From NCBI GenBank assembly GCA_964390265.1, contig CAYMHI010000001.1, forward strand, positions 8,345-72,344: a stretch of 64,000 bases of DNA. The letters run 5' to 3'. Below are positions 48,065 to 59,024 of the stretch, in pieces. Origin of the DNA: an uncultured Candidatus Saccharibacteria bacterium. Lineage in GTDB: Bacteria; Patescibacteriota; Saccharimonadia; CAILAD01; BJGX01. A program made the position numbers and the translations under genes. Below the pieces are notes generated by a model that searched no databases, was not told the DNA's origin, and saw nothing but the letters and a program-made list of their open reading frames with translations. Each line of letters opens with the position of its first letter. The first letter of the stretch is position 1.

Positions 48065-49206
48065 ACCACAGAATTTATTTAGATTATGCCGCCTCTACAC
48101 CTACAGACAGGGCGGTGGTTCAAGCAATGCATGCAGCCGAAAATAACTTTGCCAACCCCAGTGCGCAATATGCTTCAGCCCGAGAAGCTGCCAAAATGAT
48201 TTCTATAGCCAGAAAGCAAATAGCTACATTCTTTGGAGCCAACAGCGAGGAGATAGTTTTTACCAGTGGTGCTACAGAATCTAATAATTTAGCAATTTTA
48301 GGTGTAGCGCGTGCCAGCAAAAAAGGTCAAATAATTTCTATTGCTACTGAGCACGCCTCTGTGAGAGAGCCACTGCGCCAACTCGCCAAAGAAGGCTATG
48401 AAGTTTTATGGTGTAAAATTGACGGTAATGGGCGAATCAGCTTAACTGAATTTGAGAAGCTACTTAATTACGATACTATTTTGGTAACTGTTAATTATGC
48501 TAGCAGCGAGATAGGTACTGTTCAACAAATAGCTAAACTTTCTAAAATAATTAAACGCCATGAACAATCTAATGGCACTAAGGTGGTGTTTCATACCGAT
48601 GCCAGCGCAGCTGCACCAATTTTAAATTGTGATGTTAGCCGTCTAGGTGTTGATCTTATGACGGTAGGTGGATCAAAAATATATGGCCCCAAAGCTATTG
48701 GGCTTCTGTATGTGAAGCGTGGCACCCAAATCAGCCCGATAATATTTGGAGGCAAACAAGAGGGTGGTGTGCGTTCTGGCAATCAAAACACCGCTCAAAT
48801 TATTGGGCTGGCTAAAGCCATACAAATAGTAACAAGCAAACACAAACAAGACTCTGATAATTACCGCGAACTCTACACCAATTTGATGCACAATTTAAGC
48901 TTTGACATTGAGTTGATAGAAAACGGACACCCCAAAGATAGAATATTTTCAGTTTGTAGTTTTTGTATCAAGAATGTTAACGGTGAAGACGTGGTAGCTT
49001 ACCTAGATGCAGCCGGCTTTGAGGTAGCGACGGGTGCGGCCTGCGAGGCATCTAGCCATCAGCCTAGCCCGGCGTTACTAGCCATAGGAAGATCAAAGCA
49101 AGAGGCCAATGGTAGCTTGAGGGTTTCGTTTGGTCGCTCTACCAACCACAAAGACATCGATAATTTCTGTAAAAGTCTCAAAAATACCTTAAATGCGTTA
49201 AAATAG
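48061..49206 (+). CDS. iscS: Cysteine desulfurase (IscS/NifS family)
   Basis: YLDYAASTP, FTSGATESNN, HTDA, KIYGPK, G.AC, LRVSFG. Confidence 0.9.
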   Translation: MNHRIYLDYAASTPTDRAVVQAMHAAENNFANPSAQYASAREAAKMISIARKQIATFFGANSEEIVFTSGATESNNLAILGVARASKKGQIISIATEHASVREPLRQLAKEGYEVLWCKIDGNGRISLTEFEKLLNYDTILVTVNYASSEIGTVQQIAKLSKIIKRHEQSNGTKVVFHTDASAAAPILNCDVSRLGVDLMTVGGSKIYGPKAIGLLYVKRGTQISPIIFGGKQEGGVRSGNQNTAQIIGLAKAIQIVTSKHKQDSDNYRELYTNLMHNLSFDIELIENGHPKDRIFSVCSFCIKNVNGEDVVAYLDAAGFEVATGAACEASSHQPSPALLAIGRSKQEANGSLRVSFGRSTNHKDIDNFCKSLKNTLNALK

Positions 49207-49216
49207 GTAGCGAGAT

Positions 49217-49807
49217 ATGAAAAAGTTTTCTATTACTTTATTAGTCATTATTAGTGTATTGGTATTATTTGCCACCGTTATATTTTTTGGGCTAGGATTT
49301 TTCTTAAGCCCACAAAGCACTCCAAGCAAGGCCGATGCTATTGTAGTTGTAAGTGGTGGCCAAACTACTACTCGTGCAGAAAAGGGTATTGAGCTTTATC
49401 GCCAAAAACTGGCCGATTATATAATATTTTCTGGAGCAGCCAAAGATGATGGGCCAAGTAATGCCACTGCTATGCAAGCTCAAGCTATAGCTGGTGGTGT
49501 GCCTGTGGAGTCAATTCTTACCGATATAGACTCACAAAACACCTATCAAAACGCCGTCAACACCAAGCGATTATTGCAAGATATAAAGGCCAAGGAAATT
49601 ATTTTAGTTACTAGCCCGTATCATCAAAGACGTACACACGATACTTTCGCAGCGGTATTGGGCAAGGATTATCAAATAGAAAACGTTAGTTCCACCGATG
49701 ATCGCTGGAGTAAATCGCAATGGTGGAAGACTGAATTTGGAAAAAACATTTCACTTAGTGAACTACAAAAACTATTCTACATTTACACTACAGGCAATTA
49801 TCAATGA
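49217..49807 (+). CDS. YdcF/DUF218 family protein
   Basis: ADAIVV.SGG, S.NTYQNA, LVTSPYHQRR. Confidence 0.88.
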   Translation: MKKFSITLLVIISVLVLFATVIFFGLGFFLSPQSTPSKADAIVVVSGGQTTTRAEKGIELYRQKLADYIIFSGAAKDDGPSNATAMQAQAIAGGVPVESILTDIDSQNTYQNAVNTKRLLQDIKAKEIILVTSPYHQRRTHDTFAAVLGKDYQIENVSSTDDRWSKSQWWKTEFGKNISLSELQKLFYIYTTGNYQ

Positions 49808-50844
49808 AAAAAGTATTTGTAGGCCTTTCTGGCGGAGTAGATAGTGGCGTAGCCGCAGCTCTGCTCAAGCAATCAGGCTACGATGTAGTAGGTGTCTACA
49901 TGAAAAATTGGAGCCGAGATATTGCCGGACACAAGTGCCCATGGGCCGAAGACTTGGCCAGTGCTCGCAGCGTGGCTGCGCACTTGCAAATTCCATTGCG
50001 AGTGTATGATTTTGAGAAAGAATATTTTAACCAAGTTACTCAATATATGCTGGCTACCTACAAAAAAGGTCAGACTCCCAACCCCGATATTATGTGTAAC
50101 TCACAAATAAAATTTAATGTATTTTTAAAACGATGCCTTAGTGAAGGGGCCGATTATATTGCTACCGGTCATTATGCCACCCTAAAAAAAGGTCATTTAC
50201 AAAAAGCCGCCGACCATTCCAAAGACCAGACATACTTTTTGTATAGAATTAATCCTAGCGTAACAGATAAAATAATTTTTCCACTAGGCGATATTACCAA
50301 AGCCAATGTACGTAAGTTAGCAAAAGATTTTAATCTACCCAATTATGATAGGCCAGACTCACAAGGTCTTTGTTTTGTTGGTAATATACCACTTAATGAT
50401 TTTTTAAGTGAATTTATTAAACCCGCAAAGGGCGATATTATTGATGATAATGGAAAAATTATAGGTCAGCATAGCGGCGCATTTAGTTATACATTGGGGC
50501 AGCGACACGGTCTTGGAATAGGTGGTGGTAAACCATATTATGTATATAGAATTGATACCAAAGAAAATATTGTTTATGTGACTACCAACGAAGATTCGCC
50601 GCTACTCAACAAAAATGAATTTAGTATTAGCGATTGTGTATGGTGGCAGAACATGGATGCCAAAATCTTTAGTCTACAAGTTCGAGTTCGCTATAGAAGC
50701 AAACTCAAAAAGTGTAAATTAGTAAAAATCAAAAAAGATAAATGGAACGTTGTACTCGACAAATCAGAGCGGGCAATAGCACCGGGCCAATCGGCGGTTT
50801 TTTATGATGGCGACAAAGTAGTTGGCGGTGGGATAATTCAGTAG
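49804..50844 (+). CDS. mnmA: tRNA 2-thiouridylase
   Basis: SGGVDS, TPNPDIMCN, ATGHY, KDQTYFL, DSQGLCF, PGQ. Confidence 0.96.
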   Translation: MKKVFVGLSGGVDSGVAAALLKQSGYDVVGVYMKNWSRDIAGHKCPWAEDLASARSVAAHLQIPLRVYDFEKEYFNQVTQYMLATYKKGQTPNPDIMCNSQIKFNVFLKRCLSEGADYIATGHYATLKKGHLQKAADHSKDQTYFLYRINPSVTDKIIFPLGDITKANVRKLAKDFNLPNYDRPDSQGLCFVGNIPLNDFLSEFIKPAKGDIIDDNGKIIGQHSGAFSYTLGQRHGLGIGGGKPYYVYRIDTKENIVYVTTNEDSPLLNKNEFSISDCVWWQNMDAKIFSLQVRVRYRSKLKKCKLVKIKKDKWNVVLDKSERAIAPGQSAVFYDGDKVVGGGIIQ

Positions 50845-50846
50845 TG

Positions 50847-51662
50847 TTAATGTTTGCGAATACGCCAAGATGAGCGCATCTCTTGAACCTCATCTAATTC
50901 AATTTCTGATATTAACAATTTTTCGCGGTTGTGTTTTATAACTTTCATAGGGCCCACAAAAGGACTACAAATTTGTGAATAACCTAGTAAATAATCCTCG
51001 CGTTTAGTTGTTTTGAAATGTTTTGCAGCATTAGTAAAAACAAAGAATACTTCGTTTTCAAATGACCTAGCTGGCACCAGATATTTTATAGCAACAAGCT
51101 CATCATTGTGATGATACTTTTTTAGCGAGGAAGCATAGGCGGTAGAGTACTTGCTCCAGAATGCTGGCGAAAAGATTATTTTTGCACCCATATTTGCCAT
51201 TGTGCTGGTCACTTCGGGGTATAGAATATCGCGACATATTTGAATGCCTACTAGACCGAATTCTGTTTCTAATACCGTATGTTTATTTCCAGGTGAAGAC
51301 GATTCAGAACCCGGCACTGGGTGTCGCTTGGCGTAACTACCAACAACTCGTCCATTTTTATCAAATAAATAACAAACATTATGAAGCAATGCGCTTTTAG
51401 CATCTACCTCCATAACTGTACCGGCTACACAGTATATTCTATATTTTTTGCACAGTTGGGCTACCTCGGTTTTTACAAACTTTGCAACTTCATTAGGTGA
51501 ATCCTCATCATAACCAGGTCCTACCCAGCACTCTTCGGGTAAGCAGATGAAGTCACATTTGTGCTTGGCAGCGCGGGCGAAGTATTTGGCAATTTTTTCA
51601 CAGTTAGTTTTTAGTTCACCAGGGGTTATACTAAGCTGTGCTATAGCTATTTTAACTTTCAT
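50847..51662 (-). CDS. Carbon-nitrogen hydrolase (nitrilase family)
   Basis: Glu (LPE), Lys (Y.KRH), Cys (ICRD) triad; start at MKVKIAIAQ. Confidence 0.88.
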   Translation of the reverse strand: MKVKIAIAQLSITPGELKTNCEKIAKYFARAAKHKCDFICLPEECWVGPGYDEDSPNEVAKFVKTEVAQLCKKYRIYCVAGTVMEVDAKSALLHNVCYLFDKNGRVVGSYAKRHPVPGSESSSPGNKHTVLETEFGLVGIQICRDILYPEVTSTMANMGAKIIFSPAFWSKYSTAYASSLKKYHHNDELVAIKYLVPARSFENEVFFVFTNAAKHFKTTKREDYLLGYSQICSPFVGPMKVIKHNREKLLISEIELDEVQEMRSSWRIRKH

Positions 51663-51959
51663 ATTATTCTTATTGTACAACACAATATTTGCTTATACTA
51701 AATAGTACTGATGAAATGCTTATGTTATAATAAAAACATGAATTCATTAGAATTTCACAAAAATAAAAACACAGCTACCCTACCTACCCAAAAAAATAAG
51801 GCTTTGGTTGATTTTTATCATATCCTACCAATCGTGAAGCGCAATCCAGACAATAATTTGGATAAATATGATAAACATCAACCCAGCTATTTTATAGTGG
51901 ATAGCCGGGTTAGTGCCAAAAAACCCATTAGCTTACATCTGTCAGTTTAAATTTCCAGT

Positions 51960-52661
51960 ATGGATCCACAACAACAACCAATTCAAACAGAAGGCCCCGA
52001 CCCATATCTTCAAGCTCAAAATGTAGGCGGTGGTTATAGTAATACACGCAAGATTGTTTTTATTTTTATTGCAGTTATTTTTGCCGTAGGTATGGTGGGC
52101 GCAGCAATGTATTATAACTACCAAAATACCCAGCTAAAAAAACAAGTATCTTCATTGCAGGGGCAAGTGGACGAGCTGCAAACCACCAATAAAAACCTTG
52201 AAGAGGCCGCTCAGAAGGTAGTGGCTGGCACAACGCAGGTTGCTCAAACTTCACAGTTTTACGATATTAAAGAGTTTGGAGTGCGCTTTAAGAAAAGCGC
52301 TGATCTGCTTGAGCCCATCGGGGTAGTCAATACTAGCTTGGGTACCTCGGGCTTTTCATCGCAAGGCCTAATGAACGCCGCTTTTGTAGCCGACTCCAAG
52401 GTAAACTCAACCTCTAGCTGTAGCCCCAACAACAGTCCACTAGGTGGTATTAGTCGAGGTAAAACCGGGCAAACTTTTCAATCAACTACGTTTGATAAGG
52501 CGCAGGGAGCGATAAAAATTGGTGAGTTTTATTATGTTTTAATAACTCCCCAAAGCACCTGCTCACAAGATACCACCGCCCAGGCTATATCTACCAAGCA
52601 AGTCGCCGCATTCAAAACCGCATTTAGTACCTTAGAGGCTATACCTAGCACCACCAATTAA
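51960..52661 (+). CDS. Single-pass membrane protein with coiled coil
   Basis: TM, coiled coil, IKEFGV motif, paired Cys. Confidence 0.7.
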   Translation: MDPQQQPIQTEGPDPYLQAQNVGGGYSNTRKIVFIFIAVIFAVGMVGAAMYYNYQNTQLKKQVSSLQGQVDELQTTNKNLEEAAQKVVAGTTQVAQTSQFYDIKEFGVRFKKSADLLEPIGVVNTSLGTSGFSSQGLMNAAFVADSKVNSTSSCSPNNSPLGGISRGKTGQTFQSTTFDKAQGAIKIGEFYYVLITPQSTCSQDTTAQAISTKQVAAFKTAFSTLEAIPSTTN

Positions 52662-52678
52662 TTATAATAAGGAGAATT

Positions 52679-53251
52679 ATGGAAGAACAAATTAACCAAC
52701 CCGCCCCTCAACCCAACTCAATGATGCCACCTAGCGAGCCCAAGAGTAGTAAAGTCTGGATGATCGTGGCTATTGTAGCAATAATTGCCTTGGTAGCCGT
52801 TAGCGCGTTCGGCTACTACAAATGGCAACAATATCGCACCAAGGTAGGCAACTTGGGCGCCGAAATAAATAGCTTAAAAAGCGATATTGCTCAAAAACAA
52901 GCCGCAACCAGCGACAAAAATGTAGTACTTGGCCTTGCTAAAGCCAGCTGTGAATCGCAAAAGAACTTTACATTTATACTCGGCACAGTTGGTACCAATA
53001 AAGACCAGGTAGAATTCTCAAGCGACAACAACTCAGCGCGCCTTGTGGCTAGCTGTCAGACCGGCACTACAGCTGTTCCGGGGAGCAGCAAAACTTATGT
53101 TTTCAAAAAAGCCAATGGTAGCTGGGCACTAGTTATCACAACAGCTTCACCTATTACTAAGGCTGAAGGCGAAAAATACAATCTACCTACTGCCTGGTAT
53201 CAATCTAGCGCGGCACCTACTACTACAAATCCAACTACACCAACCAACTAA
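52679..53251 (+). CDS. Single-pass membrane protein
   Basis: AAGGAG RBS, TM, short coiled coil, paired Cys. Confidence 0.7.
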   Translation: MEEQINQPAPQPNSMMPPSEPKSSKVWMIVAIVAIIALVAVSAFGYYKWQQYRTKVGNLGAEINSLKSDIAQKQAATSDKNVVLGLAKASCESQKNFTFILGTVGTNKDQVEFSSDNNSARLVASCQTGTTAVPGSSKTYVFKKANGSWALVITTASPITKAEGEKYNLPTAWYQSSAAPTTTNPTTPTN

Positions 53252-53293
53252 GATATACTAGAAGATAGCCGTAAAAAATGTTATAATTTCTGC

Positions 53294-55114
53294 ATGACAA
53301 CAGCAGAAATTCGAACGAAATTCTTAAAATATTTTGAAGAAAAAGACCATGCCGTTATACCTAGTGCACCAGTGGTGCCCGAGCACGACCCCACGGTACT
53401 GTTTACCACAGCAGGCATGCATCCTTTGGTGCCGTATCTTTTGGGTCAACCGCATCCACAAGGCAAGCGCTTAGTCGATAGTCAAAAATGTATCCGCACT
53501 ACCGATATTGAAGAGGTGGGCGACGCCACGCACCTCACATTCTTTGAAATGTTGGGAAATTGGAGCTTAGGAGATTATTTTAAATCTGAGTCAATACCAT
53601 GGAGTTGGGAGTTTTTAACTAGCTCAGATTGGCTTGGGTTAGACCCGCAAAAAATATACGTATCGGTCTACGAAGGTGATGGTGAAGTTCCTAAAGACGA
53701 CGAGTCTATTTCACTTTGGATACAACAGTTTAAAAAAGTCGGAATCGATACTAAAGAAGGCGAGCGTATTTTGGCTCTGGGGCGCGACGACAACTGGTGG
53801 GAGCAGGGTGGCGTAGAGACTGGCCCGGCTGGCCCCGATACCGAGATTTTCTACTATTTAGGAAAAGAAAATAATCCTAAATTTGATACCGAAAATCCTG
53901 ACTTTGTAGAAGTATGGAACAACGTTTTTATGGCTTATCAGCGTCAAGCAGACGGTAGCTATACCGAGCTAAAAAATAAAAATGTCGATACCGGCATGGG
54001 CATGGAAAGAATTGCCGCTGTTATGCAGAGTGTAGATAATGTTTACGATACCGATGTGCTCAAGCAAATTAAAGAATCGGTTGAGGCTTATGCCGTAGAA
54101 ACTCACAAGGCAATTTTTACCGAAACCAGCCCAGAATCGGCACTTAGGGCTACCCGAATAATAACTGATCATACTCGGGCCATAACCTTCATGGCTGCCG
54201 ATGGTGTAGTGCCAGGCAATAAGGACCAGGGTTATGTTATGCGCCGACTTGCGCGTCGAGCAATTAGAGAAGCGTTAATTTTAGGTATTCACCAGGGTTT
54301 GTTTGAGCGTATCGCCCCCAGAGTAATAGCATTATACGAAGACGTTTATACCGAGCTACAAAATCCTTCAACAATAATGGATGTATTACGTAGAGAAGAA
54401 AATGTTTTTCGCCAAACTCTCACTCGCGGGTTGAAAGAGTTTGATAAAATGCTACGTGACAAAAAAGACCTTTCTGGTCAAGACGCATTCACACTCTATG
54501 ATACATATGGTTTCCCTAAAGAACTCAGCCTAGAAGAAGCCAAACGTCAAAATGTTGCTGTGTCGGCGAGTTTTGAAGACGACTTTGCCAAAGCTATGGA
54601 AATTCAAAAACAACGTAGTCGGACTGCCACGGCAGGACAGTTTAAGGGCGGCTTATCCGATCATTCAGAAATAGTTACTCGCTATCATACTGCCACTCAT
54701 TTAATGTACCAAGCCTTGCGTGAAGTGTTGGGTGATCACGTTATGCAACGCGGTAGCAATACTACTGCCGAGCGCATGCGGTTTGATTTTTCGCATCCAG
54801 AGAAAGTCACACCAGAGCAAATCAAGCAAATTGAAAAGATTGTAAACGATGTCATCGCCCAAGACTCGCCTTTAAGCTTTGAAGAGCTACCCAAAGACGA
54901 AGCTTTTGCACAAGGAGCTTTGGGTGCTTTTGGTGAAAAATATCCTGATGTCGTTAGGGTTTATACTGTTGGCGATCCAAAAGGAGAGTATTTTAGTAAA
55001 GAAATATGCGGTGGCCCACACGTGACTCATACTGGTGAGATTGGTAAGTTTAAGATAATCAAAGAAGAGTCTAGCTCGGCCGGCGTACGACGTATAAAAG
55101 CTGTGATAGAGTAA
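53294..55114 (+). CDS. alaS: Alanine--tRNA ligase lacking the C-Ala domain
   Basis: LFTTAGM, HLTFFEMLGN, DTGMG.ER, HTATH, CGGPHV, GVRRI. Confidence 0.96.
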   Translation: MTTAEIRTKFLKYFEEKDHAVIPSAPVVPEHDPTVLFTTAGMHPLVPYLLGQPHPQGKRLVDSQKCIRTTDIEEVGDATHLTFFEMLGNWSLGDYFKSESIPWSWEFLTSSDWLGLDPQKIYVSVYEGDGEVPKDDESISLWIQQFKKVGIDTKEGERILALGRDDNWWEQGGVETGPAGPDTEIFYYLGKENNPKFDTENPDFVEVWNNVFMAYQRQADGSYTELKNKNVDTGMGMERIAAVMQSVDNVYDTDVLKQIKESVEAYAVETHKAIFTETSPESALRATRIITDHTRAITFMAADGVVPGNKDQGYVMRRLARRAIREALILGIHQGLFERIAPRVIALYEDVYTELQNPSTIMDVLRREENVFRQTLTRGLKEFDKMLRDKKDLSGQDAFTLYDTYGFPKELSLEEAKRQNVAVSASFEDDFAKAMEIQKQRSRTATAGQFKGGLSDHSEIVTRYHTATHLMYQALREVLGDHVMQRGSNTTAERMRFDFSHPEKVTPEQIKQIEKIVNDVIAQDSPLSFEELPKDEAFAQGALGAFGEKYPDVVRVYTVGDPKGEYFSKEICGGPHVTHTGEIGKFKIIKEESSSAGVRRIKAVIE

Positions 55115-55174
55115 AATACCTCGAAGAATCTTATATGTAGGTGTATAATAAAAGTAATATAAATAGGAGCCCAA

Positions 55175-55924
55175 ATGCCAGAAGAAGCCAAAGAAGTAAA
55201 ACAAGATGATACTAAACAGCCCGAGGTAGCAACACCTGCTACACCTCAAAAAACCAACACACTCTCTGTAGTCGGCCTTATAATGGCTTTTGTTATTCCT
55301 ATTGTTGGGTTTGTTTGCTCAATTATTGGGCTATCACAGGTTTCTAAGCGCAACGAAAAAGGCAAGGGTTTGGCAGTTGCAGGGCTTATTATCTCAATAT
55401 TTAATATGTTCGTTACTCTAGTGATTATTATTATCATTATAGCTGCCGCCGCGAGTTCAAAAATTACTCTTGAGAGCTTTACCAATGCCAGCCCTAAATA
55501 TACTATTCAGTACCCCAAAGGCTGGACACGCGAGGCCGAAAATCAAGACGGTGCTCAGGGTTATATATTCAAGGACGCTACCAGCGACAACACCGGCAAA
55601 GTATACGGACAAACTGAGATTATATATGTACCAGCTCCAGCAAATGGCTATAAGTCAGATGTGCTCAATGCTATTCGAGACAGTATTAAGTCTAAATACA
55701 ATGGTACGGTGGTTAATTACGAATCGCGCGATACCATAAACGGCAACGAAGCATTGCGCTTAATAATTACCTACAACGGTGAGAACGGTAAAATAAAAGC
55801 TAAGATAACTATTCTCAAAAAGCCAGATAATTCGGTATTTACTTTAGTAACACAGTCGCCTATAGAAAATTACGATAAATATCAAAATGCCTTTGACGAA
55901 ATTCACAACACTTTTCAGCCCTAA
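55175..55924 (+). CDS. DUF4190-like membrane protein with PsbP-like C-terminal domain
   Basis: GL.Q......GKGLAVAGLIIS; YTIQYPKGW; FDEI..TF. Confidence 0.7.
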   Translation: MPEEAKEVKQDDTKQPEVATPATPQKTNTLSVVGLIMAFVIPIVGFVCSIIGLSQVSKRNEKGKGLAVAGLIISIFNMFVTLVIIIIIIAAAASSKITLESFTNASPKYTIQYPKGWTREAENQDGAQGYIFKDATSDNTGKVYGQTEIIYVPAPANGYKSDVLNAIRDSIKSKYNGTVVNYESRDTINGNEALRLIITYNGENGKIKAKITILKKPDNSVFTLVTQSPIENYDKYQNAFDEIHNTFQP

Positions 55925-55961
55925 TAAAAAACTCCTAGCGTTGTTGCTAAGAGCAAATAAC

Positions 55962-56498
55962 TTAAGCCTTCACCAATCTATAATGTTCTCTTAAGAGTTT
56001 GTTGTCTCTATAATGGATCGAAATAAACTTTCTATTATTTATGACAATACCTATAGACCGGTCTAATGCCGACAAAGACATATTGTATAAGCGGAATGAT
56101 AATAGCTTGCAATTACCACTACAGCTATTGTGGCCAGTGAATAAGAGAGAAACATTAACAGATGATTTAGTAAATCTTTTAATTCTAAACACATTATTCG
56201 TTTTAAAATTAAAGCCTAAGAAAAGGTCATCGACCAAATATACTAGATCAAATCTACTTGCATATACGCCGACGCATTTCATCTCAACAATCTTAGAGGT
56301 GTCTAAGTTAAGGGCTTTTGAAATTACACTAGGCAAAAGCTTACGAAATGTTTCAAGGGCTATCTGGTTCTTTGCTATACGTTTTTTTTCACGGCGACGT
56401 TTCTTGCGCTCTTTACGTGAATTATAAAGTATATCTTCGGCTTGTCTGGCCCTTTTTATCCTATTAGCTTCTAGTTGCGTTGAGAGCGACATGGTCAC
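55962..56498 (-). CDS. Basic hypothetical protein
   Basis: 178 aa with Arg/Lys-rich N-terminus; GAGGA RBS. Confidence 0.55.
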   Translation of the reverse strand: MTMSLSTQLEANRIKRARQAEDILYNSRKERKKRRREKKRIAKNQIALETFRKLLPSVISKALNLDTSKIVEMKCVGVYASRFDLVYLVDDLFLGFNFKTNNVFRIKRFTKSSVNVSLLFTGHNSCSGNCKLLSFRLYNMSLSALDRSIGIVINNRKFISIHYRDNKLLREHYRLVKA

Positions 56499-56628
56499 TT
56501 CCTCTAAGGTACGTTGGTCACAAGGTATATTACTATAATAATTTACTCAAGTAAATAAATCATCAAAGCTAGCCGAAACTATCACTTTATTCGGTTTTAA
56601 AACTTTTTAGCCCTAGATAATAATAAAG

Positions 56629-56802
56629 CTACTTTTTATCTACCATTGAGACGGCGGCCATAAGTAAAAAGCCTACACCCATACCTATAAATAACCCAAC
56701 TGCAATGGCATTGAGTAAAAAGCCTACGCCCATACCAATAAACATAGCACCCACAAATACTACGCCACCCATTGCTTGAGTTTTAGATTCTTTTTTTGCC
56801 AT
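56629..56802 (-). CDS. 57-aa two-helix membrane protein, absent from the ORF track
   Basis: AAGGAG RBS; MAKKESKTQAMGGVVFVGAMFIGMGVGFLLNAIAVGLFIGMGVGFLLMAAVSMVDKK. Confidence 0.7.
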   Translation of the reverse strand: MAKKESKTQAMGGVVFVGAMFIGMGVGFLLNAIAVGLFIGMGVGFLLMAAVSMVDKK

Positions 56803-57006
56803 ACCACTCCTTTACTTAATTAACCTCATTATAGCTTATGTTTGGGTAAATTAAAAACCCCGAATAATATTCGAGGCTAGAATGTAGCGCGTTCTGCAAT
56901 AAACTTGACGGCTTTTTAACTTCTTTGCCGTGGAAAACACCCCGTGCCAATGGGTCAACTGTTTGGTTAGCTTCATTTAAATATATACCAATTATAATTT
57001 TTATAA

Positions 57007-58083
57007 CTATGGCAATACTAGGGCGTTACGTTCACGCAGTAACGTATAGCGATTTTGCAAACTTTGCTGAACTCCACCCACTGTAGTTACAGCTGTAGAA
57101 AAGCCTGCTTTTTTTACAATACCGATAGTTGAGGCATTGTATCGGCCATAGGGATACGCAAAAGTAGTAATTTTAATGCCGAGTTCGTTCTCAAGTACAT
57201 TTTTACTATCGACTATTTGTCTTTGCTGATCGGCCACAGATAGCCCCACCAAGTTTGGGTGATCGATAGTGTGGGCACCTATCTCAGCCACTCCCGAGCC
57301 TACCAATTTTCGTATGTCGCCCCAATTCATATAACTGTCACCGCAGGTTTTATTGTTGCGTAATATGCCTATGCACCATTTACTACTTTCGCCGCCAATA
57401 ATTAAATAGTAGGTAGCTTTCATACGATGTGCCCTAAGTGGAGCTATAGTATCTAGTTGTTCTGAGAAACCATCATCAAATGTAATCACTACCGGTTTTG
57501 GGGGCAAACTATATTTACCATCAAAAAAACTAGCCAACTCGGCCATACTAATAGTGGTGTAGCCTTTCGATGTAAGCGCATCAAGTTGAGCATTAAAATT
57601 TGCTGGTGGCTTATGAAAGAGCAATATTGGTACGGTGGCTGTTTTGACTGGCGGTGTTGGGTTAGGCTGAATAACGGGAAGTTTTTCATTAAGTTTTTGA
57701 GTAGCAGCAATTTCTTGAAGTTTAGAATTGGCTTGTTTTATCTCAGGAGCATAAAGCTCTGTAAACAATATGGCGAGTTCGTAATTGCCCTGTGATACAA
57801 AACTATCCAATTCCATTAGATTTGAATAAACAAGAGACTGATTGACCAAATTGCTTTTAGTGGTTTGTTGAAATTCAAAAACTTGTGCAGATTCTTCTTT
57901 TAGATTAGTTAGCTTAGTACTAGAAATTTCTCCCAGCTGACTCTGTCTGATAGAATAGCTGTTTTTATAATTAATATTGTAAGCCTGCCAAACACAATAA
58001 ACTAAAAATATTAGGGCGAAAGTCCCTATAATATTTGCAGTATATCTGATTTTACGATTTTTATTATTTGTGGGGGTATTCAT
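57007..58083 (-). CDS. Polysaccharide deacetylase (CE4/NodB)
   Basis: N-terminal TM, ITFDDG, HT.DH, FAYPYG. Confidence 0.92.
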   Translation of the reverse strand: MNTPTNNKNRKIRYTANIIGTFALIFLVYCVWQAYNINYKNSYSIRQSQLGEISSTKLTNLKEESAQVFEFQQTTKSNLVNQSLVYSNLMELDSFVSQGNYELAILFTELYAPEIKQANSKLQEIAATQKLNEKLPVIQPNPTPPVKTATVPILLFHKPPANFNAQLDALTSKGYTTISMAELASFFDGKYSLPPKPVVITFDDGFSEQLDTIAPLRAHRMKATYYLIIGGESSKWCIGILRNNKTCGDSYMNWGDIRKLVGSGVAEIGAHTIDHPNLVGLSVADQQRQIVDSKNVLENELGIKITTFAYPYGRYNASTIGIVKKAGFSTAVTTVGGVQQSLQNRYTLLRERNALVLP

Positions 58084-58160
58084 AGAAATTTAAATAACAA
58101 ATGGATAAAACTCAAGTAGCTATTATACAGTAAGCCAAGGAGTTATTTAAGAATTAATGC

Positions 58161-59024
58161 TTAAGGTAAAAGCATGGCGTCACGCACCCTTAGCAAGATG
58201 AATCGATTATTTGAGCTTTGCAAATATCCACTAATAGTTGTAACGGCAGACCTAAAACCTACTTGTTGGGCAAGCTGTGCGACGCTACTATCGAAACTAC
58301 CGTATGGATACGCCAATGTTGTAATCTTGGTATTGAGTTCTTTCTCGAGATATCTTTTATTTTCTAGCATTTCGCTAGTTTGTTCGTCGGTCGATAAAGA
58401 AGCAAGATCGGCATGATTGGTAGTGTGGGCCCCAATCTCAATTAATCCAGACCTAGCAAGCATTTTTACTTGTTCTATATTTAAATAATCATCACCACAA
58501 CTCGTGTTTGTACGTGTGATGCCAATGCAGTATTGAGAACCCGGGCCACCGGTTATTAAGTAAAAGGTAGCTTTCATGTTTCTAGATCTAAGCATCTCAT
58601 AAGCCTGCAGCTGGTCGCCGTAGCCATCATCGAAGGTTATCACTACCGGCTTAGCTGGTAAATTAACCATGCCATCAAAGTAGTCGGCCAGTTGGAGCAT
58701 AGAAACGCTAGTATAGCCCTTAGCCATTAGTGCATCTAGCTGGGCAGGAAGATCGGCTGGCGTCTTGTGGTACATCAATATTGGTATGGGCTGAGGTTGA
58801 GAGGCAAGGTTGAGTATATCTATCGATGGATTCGCTTTGGCCGCTACAGTTGGTGGAGCATTATTAACCAATGTTCCCTGTTCTGTTGGTGGAGAACCAA
58901 TCTTTAAAAAGGCTCGAGTGTTCTGCGTTTGTATTTGTACAAAAAATAAAGCGCTGAATAATATTAGCAGCGGCACCACCAGCTTACTTAATTTGCCAAA
59001 CCTACTCGGAGTAATTCTTTGCAT
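58161..59024 (-). CDS. Polysaccharide deacetylase (CE4/NodB), paralogue
   Basis: ILMYH, ITFDDG, HT.NH, AYPYG; start uncertain (59024 or 59063). Confidence 0.9.
   Translation of the reverse strand: MQRITPSRFGKLSKLVVPLLILFSALFFVQIQTQNTRAFLKIGSPPTEQGTLVNNAPPTVAAKANPSIDILNLASQPQPIPILMYHKTPADLPAQLDALMAKGYTSVSMLQLADYFDGMVNLPAKPVVITFDDGYGDQLQAYEMLRSRNMKATFYLITGGPGSQYCIGITRTNTSCGDDYLNIEQVKMLARSGLIEIGAHTTNHADLASLSTDEQTSEMLENKRYLEKELNTKITTLAYPYGSFDSSVAQLAQQVGFRSAVTTISGYLQSSNNRFILLRVRDAMLLP

Noticed and set aside
51711-51950. 79-aa ORF
   Set aside because: No recognisable motif; it may be real from the second Met, but support is insufficient
56878-56977. Possible frameshifted gene remnant on the minus strand
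   Set aside because: Too short, with no recognisable family
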